Positions 45,735 through 63,430 of a stretch of 64,000 nt of DNA are shown piece after piece (position 1 is the stretch's first letter; each line of letters begins with the position of its first letter). The stretch lies in assembly GCF_009914755.1 (NCBI RefSeq), contig NC_060948.1; one strand, given 5' to 3'. The notes beneath the pieces are model-generated. The model was not told where the DNA came from. It did no database searches and saw only the letters and a list, made by a program, of their open reading frames with translations. This DNA comes from the human T2T-CHM13v2.0 reference genome, Homo sapiens. The translations under genes were made by a program, and so were the position numbers.

Positions 45735-46830
45735 AGACTACCAAGCAGCTGTGGAGAGGACCGACACACTGAAGGGCCTTCTCTCTGCTGAGAGCTAAGG
45801 AGGCATCAGAACTTTCAACAGCACACTGGAGCTACCCACCACAGGCTTTGCTGAGAGCTAGGGAGATAATGGAGCAGCTAGATAAACGGATAAGCTACCT
45901 ACTCCAAGATCTCTTCTATGCTGAAAGCTTAGATGTTGGGACCACCAGATATGAGGATTTCCCCACTGCAGAGCCTTCTCTCTGCACGGAGCTTAAAACT
46001 GGGCAAGATGACTAGCTGGATGGAGAAGATACCCGCTCCAGTTTCTCCTCTCTGCTGAGAGCTGGATGGTAATCACTGACACCCTGCCTTTAGAGAGGAG
46101 CTACCCACTCTCTTTGCTGAGAGCTGGACACTCATCAGGACATCTGGCTTGTGTGGAGGAGCTACCCAGTGAGGGGCTTTTCTGTGTTCTCTCATTCAGT
46201 ACAGCTTCTCTTTACATTGCACACTCTTTAATTGTCCATCTACGTCTTTATTCCTGAAGGCAGAGCAATTATTTGAGATAAGCTGAATGGTGAAGCTGAA
46301 AGAGTTGTAACACAAACTGGGGGAAAAAAGACATACCTTGCTCATCACATTGTGGAAGACAAAAATAAGAGGAGAGCTATGACCCTTCAGGGTGCACAGA
46401 CCTAGGCACTCTCAAAGCCAGGGCTGTGACATCTTTAGGGCTTTGAAGTTTCTGGCATCTTCAAACTTCTGGGCACAACTCCATTCCTTAGTATAAGCTA
46501 TGGAAGCTGCTTGCAGAATGCCTGATCCAGCTGCAGCTTCTCAGTGAGATGGCACTTCTCTTGGCACCTAAAATTTCCTGCCCTGCCACAGCTGGCATGC
46601 CTGGCTATGTGTAGTGGCTGATGCCCACACTCGCTCATACACCCCTTGCCACTCTATGCCACATTTGCCCTTGGCAGGTGTTAAATCCATGCCTATAATG
46701 CAAGGGGAAGGCAGCCTCTCAGGCAGAGTGCGTATAACAAGCTTAGCAGGCCTTAGCAAAACTGAGGCAAAGGCACTACTGGCCACAGGGGTTTCCATCT
46801 GGCAAGGTGACTCCACCAAAATTCCAAGAC
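45735..46830 (+). mobile_element. MER52-type LTR (5'-truncated)
   Basis: Repeated gagctacccact..ctctctgctgagagctg units; ctgaatggtgaagctgaaagagttgtaacacaaac. Confidence 0.75.
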
Positions 46831-46954
46831 AAAAGAAGCATAGCTACTTGTGTTTAAATGCCTTACATCTACTGGATCTTGAAATATTGATAATTGAGTG
46901 TCTTACAATGTGAGATATAGATACGTAGATAGATAGATTGATAGGTAGATAAAT

Positions 46955-47265
46955 TGTGTGTGTATGTCTGTGTGTGTGTGTGTGTGTGTCAGAGTCTCAC
47001 TGTGTCACTCAGGCTGGTGTGCAGTGGTGTGACCTCGGCTCACCACAACTTCTGCCCCCTGGGTTCAAGTGATTCTCCTGCCTCAGCCTCCTAAGTAGCT
47101 GGGAATACAGGCATCTGCCACCGCACTTGGCTAATTTTTGTATTTTTAGTTGAGGTGGGATTTCAGCATCTTGGTCAGGCTGGTGGTAAACTCCTGACAT
47201 CATGATCCACCCACCTCAGCCTCCCAAAGCACTGGGATTACAAACATAAAGTACCTCATCTGGCC
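46955..47265 (-). mobile_element. AluS with (TG)n/(TAGA)n tail
   Basis: Reverse Alu cagagtctcactgtgtcactcaggctgg...catctggcc. Confidence 0.88.
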
Positions 47266-47837
47266 ACAGTTTGATATTGTTAAACCTTATTTGGAAATTA
47301 TTATATTTCCAATTTTTTTAGGAATTAAATTTGAAAGATTTGCATTTGCATTGAGTCACCTGATCTCTCTTACTTACACTCTCTTACTCTTTTTATTATG
47401 TGAGAATATATTTCTAAAATATGTGGCATTGGTGTTCAGATTGGCATTTTTCTGGTGGATTATAAAGTTTACTGATGGAACAGAATTTCTTATTCCTGGT
47501 TTTGACATTTTGTACTCATGTAATTTCTTTCTGTGAGGATTTTTTGCTGCATTCTGTAGGATTATGAGTAGCATTTCTGGCATCTTCGACTAAGTGTGAT
47601 AGTAAATTTTTTTTTCCATGGTGGAAATACGCAAGTATGTTTGTATCTTGTGGAAACAAAACTGATGCAATTTACTATTCTACAGAGTTCTAAAGAAGAA
47701 ATAAGAACTTGCTTTTAAAAATTTTGCGCAAATTTTACATGAAATCTCACTTTTCTCTAAGTCTTTGCTGTTCTAACATCCTGTAATTTTCTATCATCAT
47801 CATGTAAGTTAAGCCTATAATACTTTTCCTTTTGCAG

Positions 47838-47922
47838 GATAGTGTTAAAAACACAGGTTAAATGGATGTTGAAGAGCTGATATAAGAGGCCACATTTGGG
47901 TAAGAAAAGAGTTATTGGTCTT
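47838..47922 (+). pseudogene. USP9YP22: USP9Y-derived exon fragment (plus-strand copy), truncated by L1
   Basis: ttttgcag|GAT AGT GTT AAA AAC ACA GGT = DSVKNTG*MDVEELI vs USP9Y [29 protein letters not shown]; symbol from recalled context. Confidence 0.75.
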
Positions 47923-47924
47923 TA

Positions 47925-48705
47925 TCTCAAAAAGCTCACCATCATGAATTATTAGGGAAATGCACAACTAAACTGCAATGAGACACCATCTGAGGCCAGT
48001 CAAAATGGTGATTACTAAAAAGCCAAGAAACAACAGATGATAGTGAGGCAGTGCAATGATAGGAATACTTTTATATTGTTGTTCAGAATGCAAATCAGTA
48101 CACACTGTGAAAAAGTGTGTGATGATTCATCAAGTATCTAGAACCAGAAATACCACTGGCCTCAGCAATTACATTACTGGATATATACTCTTCCAAAAAC
48201 AAGCTATTCTATTACAAGGATACATGCATATGTATGTTTACTACAGAACTATTCACAGTAACAAAAACGTGGAATTAACCCAAATGCCTATCAACGACAG
48301 CCTGAATAAAGAAAGCGTGGTACATATACACAATGAAATTATATGCAGCCATAAAAAGGAATGAAATTATGTCCTGTGAAGGGGCATGTATGAAGCAGGA
48401 AGCCAATATCCTCAGTAAGCTAACACGGAAACAAAACACACACACAAAAAAAACACTGCATGTTCACACTCATGCATGGGAACTGAACATTGAAGACACA
48501 TACACACAGGGAGGGAAAGAACACATACTTGGGTCTGCCAGGGGGGAAAAAAGAGACTCAGATAAATAACTAAATCATGCGGGGCTTACTACCTATATTA
48601 TGGGTTGATATGTGCAGTCAACAACCATGGCACGTGGTTAATTGTGAAATAAACCTGCATGTCCTGCATGTGTACCATGGAATTTAATATAAAATAAAAT
48701 TAAAA
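47925..48705 (+). mobile_element. 5'-truncated older L1PA (L1PA8-13 type) 3' end
   Basis: ORF2 C-term homology (ggaatactttt atattgttg...gcagccataaaaaggaatga) and 3' UTR ending in an A-rich tail. Confidence 0.85.
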
Positions 48706-48773
48706 ATAAGAAGGCTTTTATTTTTGTAGAGTTTATAGTAACTTTTAAATATGTGCCACACTTTACTGAAGAC

Positions 48774-49300
48774 TTTTTTTTTTTTTTAAATATGGCGTCT
48801 CTCTCTGTTGCCAGACTGGAGTGAAGTGGTGCGATCTTGGCTCCCTGCAATCTCTGACCCCTGGGTTCAAGTGATTCTCCTGCCTCAGTTTCCTGAATAG
48901 CTTGAATTACTTGTGCATGGCACCACACCGAGCCTTAAGATATTTTTTTAAAAATAATTACAAATCAGTTTTTGACAAACTGCATTGAAAAGTAAATAGT
49001 GTATTTCAATTCTTAGTTGATTGAATTTCTTCCCTTTTATTTTTAGAATGATATCTCACACTGCCCCTTTGCCTGGAGTGCAGAGTGCAATCTTGGCACC
49101 CTGCAACCACCTGACTCACAGCTTCAAGTGATTTATCTTCCTCAGCCCCTTGATTAGCTGAGATTACTGGCGGACACAACCACAGCTGATGGGGTTTCCC
49201 CATATTCTACAGACTCTTCTCTAACTCCTGACCTCAAGTAATTTGCCTACCTTATTCTCAGAACATGCTGGGACTACAGATGTGAACCACCGTGCCTGGC
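48774..49300 (-). mobile_element. Two reverse Alu fragments (48774-48932, ~49035-49300)
   Basis: Reverse Alu motifs gggttcaagtgattctcctgcctcag; ctcctgacctcaagt. Confidence 0.8.
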
Positions 49301-49736
49301 ACTTGATTGAATTTATAATTGAGAAAAACATACATCTTGCAAAAATTTATTTTTATATCATATTTTTATGAGTTTATATATCTCATAATTCATGAAAAAT
49401 AATAAAGCTTTAATGCCTTTTTATATTTTAAATGAATTTATTTCCATTTTTATGTAATTAAAAGAGTAGGTTAATTTAGAATGTTATTTTTCTTTTGGGT
49501 AAATTTCTCAGGCTTTAGAAATTTCTTTAAAAATCTACTCTGGGAAAATAATTACATTTATTGATTTTACTTGGTTTTTTTTTAGGAATTGCTTATGTAA
49601 GAAAGTTCAAATTTGTTTCAAGATACAATGAGATGTTTAATTATGTCAAATAAACTTAAAATATTTTCTTTGAAAAGAATTTTTTTACCTATATTTTCTA
49701 CAAATAATACTGTGATTACTTTTTCTGACTTACTAG

Positions 49737-49960
49737 AAATTAATTGATTGTTTCATCTTCCCTGCATAAAAAGTTCACCTGCAATATTTAAGAAGTAAAC
49801 AACTGCCAGCCGAGCTGGCTGTTCCAGTCTGTCGCTCACCAAACACCATCAATTCTGGTTTTGAGCTACTTGTAACACCAGCTATTGGCTGTGTAAAAAA
49901 ATCTTAAAAAGACAGTAGACTGTTTGGCTGAAATATATTACACAGACAAAACAATAGCTA
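49737..49960 (+). pseudogene. USP9YP22: USP9Y-derived exon (plus-strand copy)
   Basis: ctag|...|gtgagt. Translates [62 protein letters not shown] vs USP9Y [68 protein letters not shown]. Confidence 0.9.
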
Positions 49961-51446
49961 GTGAGTATTTTAAATTAAAGCTGCTTTTGTTCATTAATCA
50001 TAGTTTTGTGTGAAATTCTATTTTCTCATTTAGATAAAACCAACTCATGGTTTTTTGTCAACTATTTTAACATTCTGTAGCCATCAGGTACATAATTAAT
50101 ACAATTTTAGTCGGAGAGTACAATTTATTTAATATCTATTTATTTAATGCTCCCCTATAGTTGGCTTTGGTAACTTAACACAGTGAGTTGTTTGAATCAC
50201 ATGTGAAAAAATACTGAAACTTTAGAGTAATGAGGAATCAAATGTAATACTATAAAAAGTTTATATTTAAAATGTATGCATTAAAAAGTTTTTCATAACC
50301 CACAAATTGAAGTTGCTTAATGTTATTTTAGTTAAATTCTAAGAAAGTTATGGTTTAAAAATCATGATATGAGAAGAGAACATTTGAGTGCATTTTATTG
50401 CTTCTAAATACCACATCAGTCCCACAAAGAGGGTAGTAATGTTGAAATCTTACACAGAACTAAAACAAGTTTGAGGTAATGTAAGTAAATTAACAAAGAA
50501 TAACATAAAATTTAGTTTATTTCAAGAGAAAACTGAATGTTAAATATATAATTAACAGCAGCATTCAGTATAGACCTTTAATTAGTAAATGTGAAATTAT
50601 ATTTATATTTTTATCTGTGGGAGTATATTTTCTAGCACATTGTAGGATTTTCTAGCTAAACTCACTGCTTAAAAGGTCAGATCTTTATTTGTCTTGTGGG
50701 TTCTTTGTAGAGGAAAGAGTTTACTTTTGAAAAACACCTTTTTCTTAATTTATTTAACTATTGTATTGACATAGTAAATACATATTTTCAAAAGAGTTTT
50801 TTTAAACAAACACTGCTGTTGTTAAACTATTTAGCTAACAGTTTTATGGGGTTAAAATATATTTCCAAATACATAAGAGGATATGTACTGCAAATTATTA
50901 ACTTGCCACCAATATTATATTCCTGGTCCAGAGATTATGTCTGTATGTGCACTAATCCATGCATGTAACTATTTGTTTATTTTTTACACAAATGAAAATA
51001 TACAATATACAGCATTATTAACTTTGTTTTGTATTTAGTCAAACACCTGTCAGTATATGAAGATCTGTTTCATTCTGATTTGTAGCTACATAACTTGCCT
51101 TTCAATGTGCTCTAATTTATGCAATCCATCTCTAAGATGAATTGATGTGTAAGCTGTATTACCTTTTGCAGAAAGTAGGGAAGAATTTATAGTCCTTACA
51201 GTGATTTTAAATATGCAAGACAAAGAAATTATTGTTAGTTACTGAGGAATAAAGCAGATATTTATGTGAAGCTTACAGTTTTATGAGTCACAACAATAAC
51301 TTTAAATGAAGTGCTCAATTAAAAGTGAGAAAACCCTAATGTTTTATTTATATAAAGTTCTGATGACAATTAATTAAATACACTTATTTTAGGCCCAAAA
51401 GTTTTATAGTAAGTAAACTTGTAATGATTAAGGCTAAGTCCATGAT

Positions 51447-51941
51447 TGTGTCCACACTCTGTATCTAGCTAATCTAGTGGGGATGTGGAGAACCTTTGTG
51501 TCTAGCTCAGGGATTATAAACCCACCAATCAGTGCCCTGTCAAAACAGACCACTGGGCTCTACCAGTCAGCAAGATGTGGGTGGGGCCAGATAAGAGAAT
51601 AAACTCAGGCTGCTGGAGCCAGCAGTGGCAACCTGCTCGGGTCCCCTTCCACACTGTGGAAGCTTTGTTCTTTCGCTCTTTGCAATAAGTCTTCCTACTG
51701 CTCACTCTTTTGGTCCACACTGCCTTTATGAGCTGTGACACTCACTGCCAAGGTCTGCATCTTCACTCCTGAGCCAGCGAGACCATGAACCCACCAGAAG
51801 TAAGAAAGTCCAAATACATCTGAACATCAGAAGGAACAAACTCTGGACACGCCGCCGTTAAGAACTGTCACACTCATCTCGAGGGTCCGCGGCTTCATTC
51901 TTGAAGTCAGTGAGACCAAGAACCCACCAATTCTGGACACA
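51447..51941 (+). mobile_element. LTR12 (ERV9 LTR), 5'-truncated, promoter core retained
   Basis: tctagctaatctagtggggatgtggagaac...ccaatcag...gggtggggccagataagagaataaa...ccaattctggacaca. Confidence 0.92.
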
Positions 51942-52785
51942 GGAGGGCCTCCATCTTCCAGACCCCAGAATAGTAGATCCACTGACAGCTTGAATTTTGT
52001 TCCTGGAGAAGCCACAGATACTGAATGCCAGCTGGTGGAAACAGTTGGGAGGAAGGCTGTACCCTGCAAAGCCTCATGGGTGCAGGTGCACAAGACCATG
52101 GGAACCCAGCTCTTGAAGATCATTCTGAAGCTTTAAGATTGTACTGCCTCCTTGGATTTTAGACTCGCATGGGGGCTGTAGCCCCTTTATTCCAGTCAGC
52201 TTCTCACATTTGGAATGGCTGTACTTTTCCAACGCCTGTACCCTACTGTATCTAAGAAGTAACAAACTTGCTATCAATTTTACAGGCTCATAGGGAGAAA
52301 GAACCTGCCTTGTCTCAGATGAGATATTGGACTTTGACTATTGAGTTAGTGCTGCAATGAGTTGAGGCATTGCAGGACTATTGGAAAAGCATGACTGGTT
52401 TTGAAATGTGAGGAAATGAGATTTGGGAGGGGCCAGGGTTGGAATGATATGGTTTGACTGTGTCCCCACCCCACTTGAATTTTTACATGTGGTGGGAGGA
52501 ATGAGATGGGGAGTAATTGAATCATGGGGGCAGATGTTTTTTGTGCTGTTCTTGTGACAGTGAGTAAGTCTCATTATATATGATGGCTTGAAACATCAGT
52601 TTCCTTGCAGAAGCTCTCGCTTTGCCTGCTGCCATCTGTGTAAGATGTTAATTGCTCCTCTTTCCCTTCTATCATGATTCTGAGGCCTCCCCAGTCATGT
52701 GGAACTGTCAGTTCATTAAACCTCTCTTTCTTTTATAAATCGCCCAGTCTAGCATATGTCTTTAGCTTGAAAATGGACTAAGACA
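51942..52785 (+). mobile_element. THE1 internal 3' part + THE1(B-like) LTR (52445-52785)
   Basis: THE1-int ccagaccccagaat.gtagatccactgacagcttg; PPT ggaggggccaggg; LTR tgatatggtttg.ctgtgtcccc...ggactaagaca. Confidence 0.9.
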
Positions 52786-53029
52786 GTACAAATATCAGAT
52801 TGACTGATAAAGCTCTGTGACTTTAATTTCACAGTCAAGTCAAAGATGTAAATCAAATACAATTGTGTGTAGGTCTCTGAAAATTCTTATCAACCTTTTT
52901 CTAGTTCAGTAACACTTTATTAACATATTTTAACATAATGCTGAAAGAGTTGTTAAATCAAGTTATAATGTACTCTATACTTTTATAATTATTGCTAAGC
53001 TAAGACTACAGTCATTTTAATTGTTTTAA

Positions 53030-53470
53030 GAGACAAAGTCTCTATTGCTACAGCTGGAATGAATGCAGTGGTGCAATTATAGCTAACTGCGGCTTCAAAC
53101 GTATGGGCTCATGTTATCCTGCTGCCTTAGCCTCCCAATGAGCTGGGTCTACAGGAAGAGGACAGTAGGCTCAGCTAATTATTTAATTTGTTTATTTATT
53201 TTAATTTTTTTGTTAGAGACGGAATTTTGAAATGTTGCTGAGGCAGGCCTCAAAATCTAGGCTTAAGGTAATCCATCCACCTTGGCATCATATAGTGCTA
53301 AGTTTACTGGTGTGATCCACCATATCTAGCTAATTCTTAAAAACTTTTTGTAGAGATGGTACTTCACTATTTTGCCAAACCAGGTTACAAACACCTGCCC
53401 TCAAGGTTATTTTTGCCTTGACCTTTACTATTTTTGGAATTACAAATATAAGCCACAAAACCTGGTCTAA
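53030..53470 (-). mobile_element. Diverged AluJ + monomer fragments
   Basis: Reverse Alu motifs tgcagtggtgcaattatagct, ttttgtagagatgg. Confidence 0.75.
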
Positions 53471-53779
53471 AAATGATCTACATTTTTAACTATAAGTTAA
53501 AATTTTATCTGGTAGAGATAAAGCTTCTTATGTAATGATAAAGTAGAACATGATGTGATACAAATTTATTGGTATGTGAGCCAATTTTTAAATAATAAAT
53601 GCACATTTAGATTAGAGATTTTTAAGTTTACTAAGAATTCTCTCACAATTACTACAAAAATGTTTATTGTGTATTTAAAATTTGAAATAATATTTTTATG
53701 GTTAGGAAAATGTAAAGCAGTATAATAGAGAACCAAACCAATTGTAAGAACTCTACGAATGAAATGCAAAGCCATGTAC

Positions 53780-53905
53780 AAGTCACTGGCAGGACCACAA
53801 ACTATTTTTTTTGGTGTGAAATCCAGTGGTGATGTGGAATATACCAGCAATTTGTATACTAATCATAGTAATTTCTTGTGCTTTAGGCAGAAAAGTAATT
53901 CTACT
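53780..53905 (-). pseudogene. USP9YP4: USP9Y-derived exon (minus-strand copy)
   Basis: rc [35 protein letters not shown] vs USP9[37 protein letters not shown]; symbol from recalled context. Confidence 0.88.
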
Positions 53906-54315
53906 CTTCAAATAAAAATACATATACAGTCAAAAACATTTGTATTTTCAAGCACTTTCTAAATAAAATTTTTGTTAGTTAACACTAATTCTTAGTGATT
54001 TACTTACCACTTCACTAACCCATACTGCAAACTAGTGCTTGAGTAGAAAGTAATAATTATTATTATAAATAATGCTCTTTTATATATCCATATATTAAGT
54101 ACCACTATTCTAATGTACAGATATATTACATTTTACACTTTAAATAACTAAACCAAAAAGAAACACTTTCACATAAATTAAGGCTAATGATTCGATAAGA
54201 AAAGGTAAATGAAGCCTAAAGAAAAAAAGTAAACACATGTTGATGCTTTGTAAGGAATCACGCAAGCCAAACACAAATTATTTTTTATTAGTAAGAAGCT
54301 AATCTAAAAGCTTAC

Positions 54316-55210
<895 letters not shown>

Positions 55211-55304
55211 ATACCATAAACAAAGAATATAAACAAATATTCTCTTGTTACCTGCGCAGACATTAAAACAATGTAATGAGAATTTTAAAGTTTATAATCT
55301 TTTG

Positions 55305-55593
55305 AGCTGGGCGCGGAGGCTCACTCCGGTAATCTCAGTAATTTGGAAGGCTAAGGCCGGCAGATCACGAGGTCAAGAGATTGAGGCCATCCTGGCCAAT
55401 GTGGTGAAACCCAGTCTCAACTAAAAAAAAAAAAAAAAAATTGCAGGGTATGGTTGTGCAAACGTGTAATCCCAGCTACTCAGGAGGCTGAGGCAGAATT
55501 GCTAGAACCTGAGAGCCAGAGGTTTCAGTGAGCTGAAATTGTGCCATTGCACTGCAGCCTGGGCAACAGAGCGAGACTCCGTCTCAAAAAAAA
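55305..55593 (+). mobile_element. AluSc-like
   Basis: gatcacgaggtcaagagattgag..., full dimer. Confidence 0.9.
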
Positions 55594-55712
55594 TTATAGT
55601 CTTTCTCATCTAGTTTATACAGACGAGTAAATGATAGTTAACACCAGCAGGGTAATTATGTCATAACTAACTTAAGCAATGCTTACTTACCAAAGCTTAA
55701 AATGTTTATATA

Positions 55713-56023
55713 TAGTAATCCTTTGGCATCTGTAGGGGATTGGCTACAGGATCCCCATGATTACTATAATTTGTGTCTGCTCAAGTTTCTAATGAACAGT
55801 GGTGCAGTACGTAAATATAACATACACACATCCTTCTGTATAGTTTACTTATCTCTAAATAACTTAAATAATTAATAAAATGTAAATGTTAAGTAGACAA
55901 TTATATTGTAATTGCTTTTAAATTTGCTAGTTTTTATTGTATTGTTATTTTTTGTTTTTGGACATTTTAATACATGTTTAGAGAAATCTGTGTTTGCAGA
56001 ACCTGTGGATGTAAAAGGTCACT
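55713..56023 (+). mobile_element. MER2 (Tigger-family) DNA transposon
   Basis: tagtaatccctttggcatctgtaggggattggctacaggatcccc...gcagaacctgtggatgtaaaaggtcact. Confidence 0.8.
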
Positions 56024-56265
56024 TATGTGTTGCAAATTGGAAAACATTACTGACACAGACCCTGATGGCTATGTGGTTCCATATAGCCACTACTATCTGT
56101 TTTATTCCTCTAATGCTTTCTTTTATGCTATTAATTAGAATTTGGTGTGAGTAAACTGAAGATATATGATAAGCAATAATAATAGCAGCTAATATTTATA
56201 GCACTTAAAGACCAGGTAATACACTAAGAGCTGCACACATATTAATAAATTTAATCCTCACTGTC

Positions 56266-56855
<590 letters not shown>

Positions 56856-57035
56856 GGAAAAGGAAAGGAAAGGAAAGGGAAAGGAAGGGAAGGGAGGGGA
56901 GGGGAGGGGAGGGGAGGGAAGGGAAGGGAAGGGAAAAGAAAGGAAAGGAAAGGAAAGGAAAGGAAAGGAAAGGAAAGGAAAGGAAAGGAAAGGAAAGGAA
57001 AGGAAAGGAAAGGAAAGGAAAGGGAAAGGAAAGGA
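56856..57035 (+). repeat. (GGAAA)n/(GGGGA)n pentamer polypurine array
   Basis: Pure purine run of ~180 bp. Confidence 0.97.
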
Positions 57036-57729
57036 AAAAAAAGTGGTAGAAAGGGTAAAAATAAACTGTTCCAAGTCTCAGAGGTGTGAATAGAAGGAAG
57101 GATGACTTTATAAACAAACCACAATCTAAATGGCAGCTAAATTCAAAACAATGCAGAAAGCTTGGAGGTGAGAAGTTATGAAAGTGAAGAAAGACATATG
57201 TGTTACTTAACATATAACATCTTCAAGGACATTTTACCATTTCCTCTCCCAATCAATTTGTGCAGAGATAAAATCAGCTGGTTAGGCCTAGAGATTAAAA
57301 TCTGTTTGTGAAACTACAAGTGGGTGTTAAAATCTGTTGTAACCACATTAAGTTAAGAAACTTTTTTACTTCTGAGGTATCTACAGTAGAAAAAAAATGT
57401 TTTATTCTATTAACTCCTCATGATTCAATCACTAAATTGCAATTTATTTTAGAGTAGAGATGAAAACAATCTTTGAGATCCTTTTATATCTAAAATTATT
57501 CACCTAATAAGGCTGATTTTTTTCTAGTCAGTCACTGTATTTTGTCAATATTCTTTCCCTTTAAACCCGTTATCATCTTGATTACCTCTCTGATACCACT
57601 AAAACAGTAAAGAGAAAAGCAGTAAAGAAAAAGCAGATGTTAATTTTGAGGATAAGCACAAACAACTCTAATGTCTTCTGATTCTGTTCAATGACATCAT
57701 TATTTTTTTCAAAACTGAACAAAATATAC

Positions 57730-57856
57730 TTTATATCACATTTTACAATAATATACATTTGCACCTTCATTTCATATACTGTTCCAAATAATCAAGAAGA
57801 TTTTTATGTTTGTTAACGTCCACATTCAAAGTTGTAAATGATTCTTCACATTTTAC
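57730..57856 (-). pseudogene. USP9YP4: USP9Y-derived exon (minus-strand copy)
   Basis: rc [36 protein letters not shown]..|gtat vs USP9[48 protein letters not shown]. Confidence 0.9.
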
Positions 57857-58393
57857 CAAAACATATTATTAAAGAAACAAATTCTAAAAATGTATTATTT
57901 ACATTATTTTCCCTGTATAGACAGTTTATTTGTTTGTTTATTTTATTTTTTTTTTTGTTACCCAGGCTACAGTGCAGTGGCACAATTATAGTTCACTGTG
58001 ATCTCAAACTCCTTGGCTTAAGGTAGGGTTCACCAAGCAGTACCCACCTGTGTCCTGTTAGGAACTGGGTCACACATCAGCAGGTGATTGGTGGGCAAGC
58101 ACGGAAGCTTTATCTCTAGTTAAACCATTACCTATGGTTCACCTTACCACCTGAACTCCACTTTCTATAAGATCCTTGGCATCAATTAGATTTTTATAGT
58201 AGCTAGAACACTACTATTTACTGTGCATGTGAGAAACCTAGGTTTTGCACTCTTTATAAGAATCTAAAGCCTTATCACCTGTAACTGTCTCCTATCACCT
58301 CCAGATAGAACCGTCTAGCTGCAGGATAGTAAGTTCAGGGCTCCTACTGATTCTACATGATGGTGAGTTGTATAATTATTTCATTAAATATTA

Positions 58394-60912
<2,519 letters not shown>

Positions 60913-60920
60913 GAAGTGAC

Positions 60921-61196
<276 letters not shown>

Positions 61197-62084
61197 GTGC
61201 CTGACTGCTTGGCTGTTTATGGGAGAAATTAATGGCAAAGAGTATTCAATAGGCAAAGTTGTGTTTTGCACACAATTTTAAAGCAGTGTACTTAAGGCAG
61301 TATTTACCAAATAGAACAGATGTAACTTGTATTTTAAAAATGGGTTGTGACAGTAAAATATGAATGGAAAAAAAAATTATCCTTCACAAAAACAGTCCCT
61401 GGTGCCAAATTGTTCCAAACGATCACACATAGATGCACACACACATAAATACTTGAGTAAAAGTTTTGAAGACTAAACTCAAAGTGTTATAATAATTTGA
61501 AAGAACAAGAACAGAATATGGCCTAGATTGCAGAAAACAATATTTCAAGTAGAGAACGCTGATAAAAATAAATTGTTAACATACTTGAAAAGAAGAGGAA
61601 GTCACATGTGAGGCTATAGAACTAAAATAGGTAAATAAGAACTATATATGCAAATCATACTTATAACCTAGGCTTACAGTTTAGCTATGGAATCTAGAAA
61701 ATTAAACTGAGAGATATAATGGGGAGTCAGTGCATTATAGGTGTGATACAGACTTTTAAAAGAAATCTAAGTGATACACTAATAAATGGAAGGGGAGGGG
61801 CTGTGAGTGAAACAGAAGGCAGCCCAGAAATCAGAATATCTCTTTTGCTTCCTACCTCTGATCTATCTAGTAAGCACTTTTTTGAAAGAACACTAAACTC
61901 TTATGAGGGAGTGCAGCTTTTTTTTTTACAAACTAGAAAGAGCTATATACTACGGTATATGATTAAAAGTTGTGTGACAGTGTTTATTATCATACGTGCC
62001 ACAAATTAGGCCTTGATAAAATGAGTGAAACAAAGAAAACAAAATCAAGATGTTATGAAGCTGTGTGTTGGGGGTCGGGGGGTG

Positions 62085-62335
62085 ACTTCTCTTCATTGCT
62101 CAGGATGAAGTGCAGCAGCACAATCACAGCTCAGGCAATGTTTTCCCCTCATTGTCCCAGGTAGCTGGGACTACTGATGCAGACCATTACACTCGGCTAA
62201 TTTTTTGAATCTTAATAGAGACGGGATATCACCATGTTGCCCAGACTGGGTATGAACTCCTATAATCCGGTAATCTGCCTACCTTGGCTTCACAAAGTGC
62301 CAAGACTACCAGTGTGAGTGATAGTGCCTGGCCTA
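62085..62335 (-). mobile_element. Old Alu (J-like)
   Basis: Reverse Alu motifs gtagctgggactac, ccatgttgcccagactgg, gtgcctggcc. Confidence 0.8.
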
Positions 62336-63240
62336 AATGAGCTTTTTCAAATGTAAAAATGGACCAAATATTACTGGTCACTTTTGTACGTGGCTCAAAA
62401 ACTATATGATTACTTTACAAGCTTGCAAAATTATGTATATTATATAAAGTTATATGTTGTATATTTATATATAAGTATATTATTTCTTTTTCTTACATGG
62501 CTAGGAAGAGGTAGTTTCCTGTCAGTGATGAAAATGTTCATTTGATAATAAAAACGTCTATTTGATGATGAGTAATGTTGATCTTTGAGGTGATTATTAT
62601 ACATAATATCAAGCGTAAATATTACTCTAGAAGCTAAAAGACATAATTGATTCACTAATCTAACTTTAAAAGTATGATAAAGGAAGTTTAAACAAATACC
62701 AACAGGTAGTGAATAAAATGGCATGTTATCTTCCCAAGTACTTGAGACTACAGGTTCATACCACCACAGCAGAATAATTCTTGTATTTTTTTTAGAGACA
62801 GTGTTTTGCCACATTGCCCAAGCTTATAAAGTAGTTTTTATTATGTGTGATAATAGCACCATGGCCATCTTCTTAAATTTAAACTTTAGAGATGCATTAA
62901 AATATCTATACAAATAAAACAATATACTTGGCATTTGCTTTATTAGAGAACTGTTAAATCAATGAGATGACTACATTTCAGTATTTTGCTTATATATAAT
63001 TTATAAATCTAATAATAAGAAGTTAATTATATCATGAGATATAAAAAATACACTGTCTGTCTTTGCTGTGAAAATTTTAACCTCTCTCAATTGGGACAAT
63101 ACTAATAAAAATGACCAAGAGAAACAGCTAGAATATTACTGTTTAAATATTAAACACCTAATAAATTATGTATTTTAAGATATATTTAAACATTTTAGTT
63201 AGTGTACAGATGACTTTATCATATCTTACCCATAATTTAC

Positions 63241-63430
63241 ATAAACTGTTTCCAAAAACTTCTGGGTACAATATTGTAGTCAGAAAGCAGCTAAATGTAA
63301 AAGATGACCTGAAATTGTCTTAGGAGATCAATATTGTACACTTTCCTATCTTCTGTCTTGTTTAGTGCTGGTTTCTCTTCAAATTTATAATGATATCTAA
63401 ACACATCATCTTGGAGATCTCCAGAGACCG
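63241..63430 (-). pseudogene. USP9YP4: USP9Y-derived exon (minus-strand copy)
   Basis: rc [48 protein letters not shown]|gtaaat vs USP9Y [52 protein letters not shown]. Confidence 0.92.

Noticed and set aside
45770-46170. CRISPR-like spaced repeats (gagctacccact / ctgctgagagct)
   Set aside because: Internal repeats of a MER52 LTR in eukaryotic DNA; no cas genes and irregular spacing.
47374-47600. Possible XKRY/other gene fragment
   Set aside because: Matches a reverse MER20 DNA-transposon fragment instead.
52685-52699. PRDM9 hotspot motif in THE1 LTR
   Set aside because: Reads cctccccagtcat, not CCTCCCTNNCCAC.
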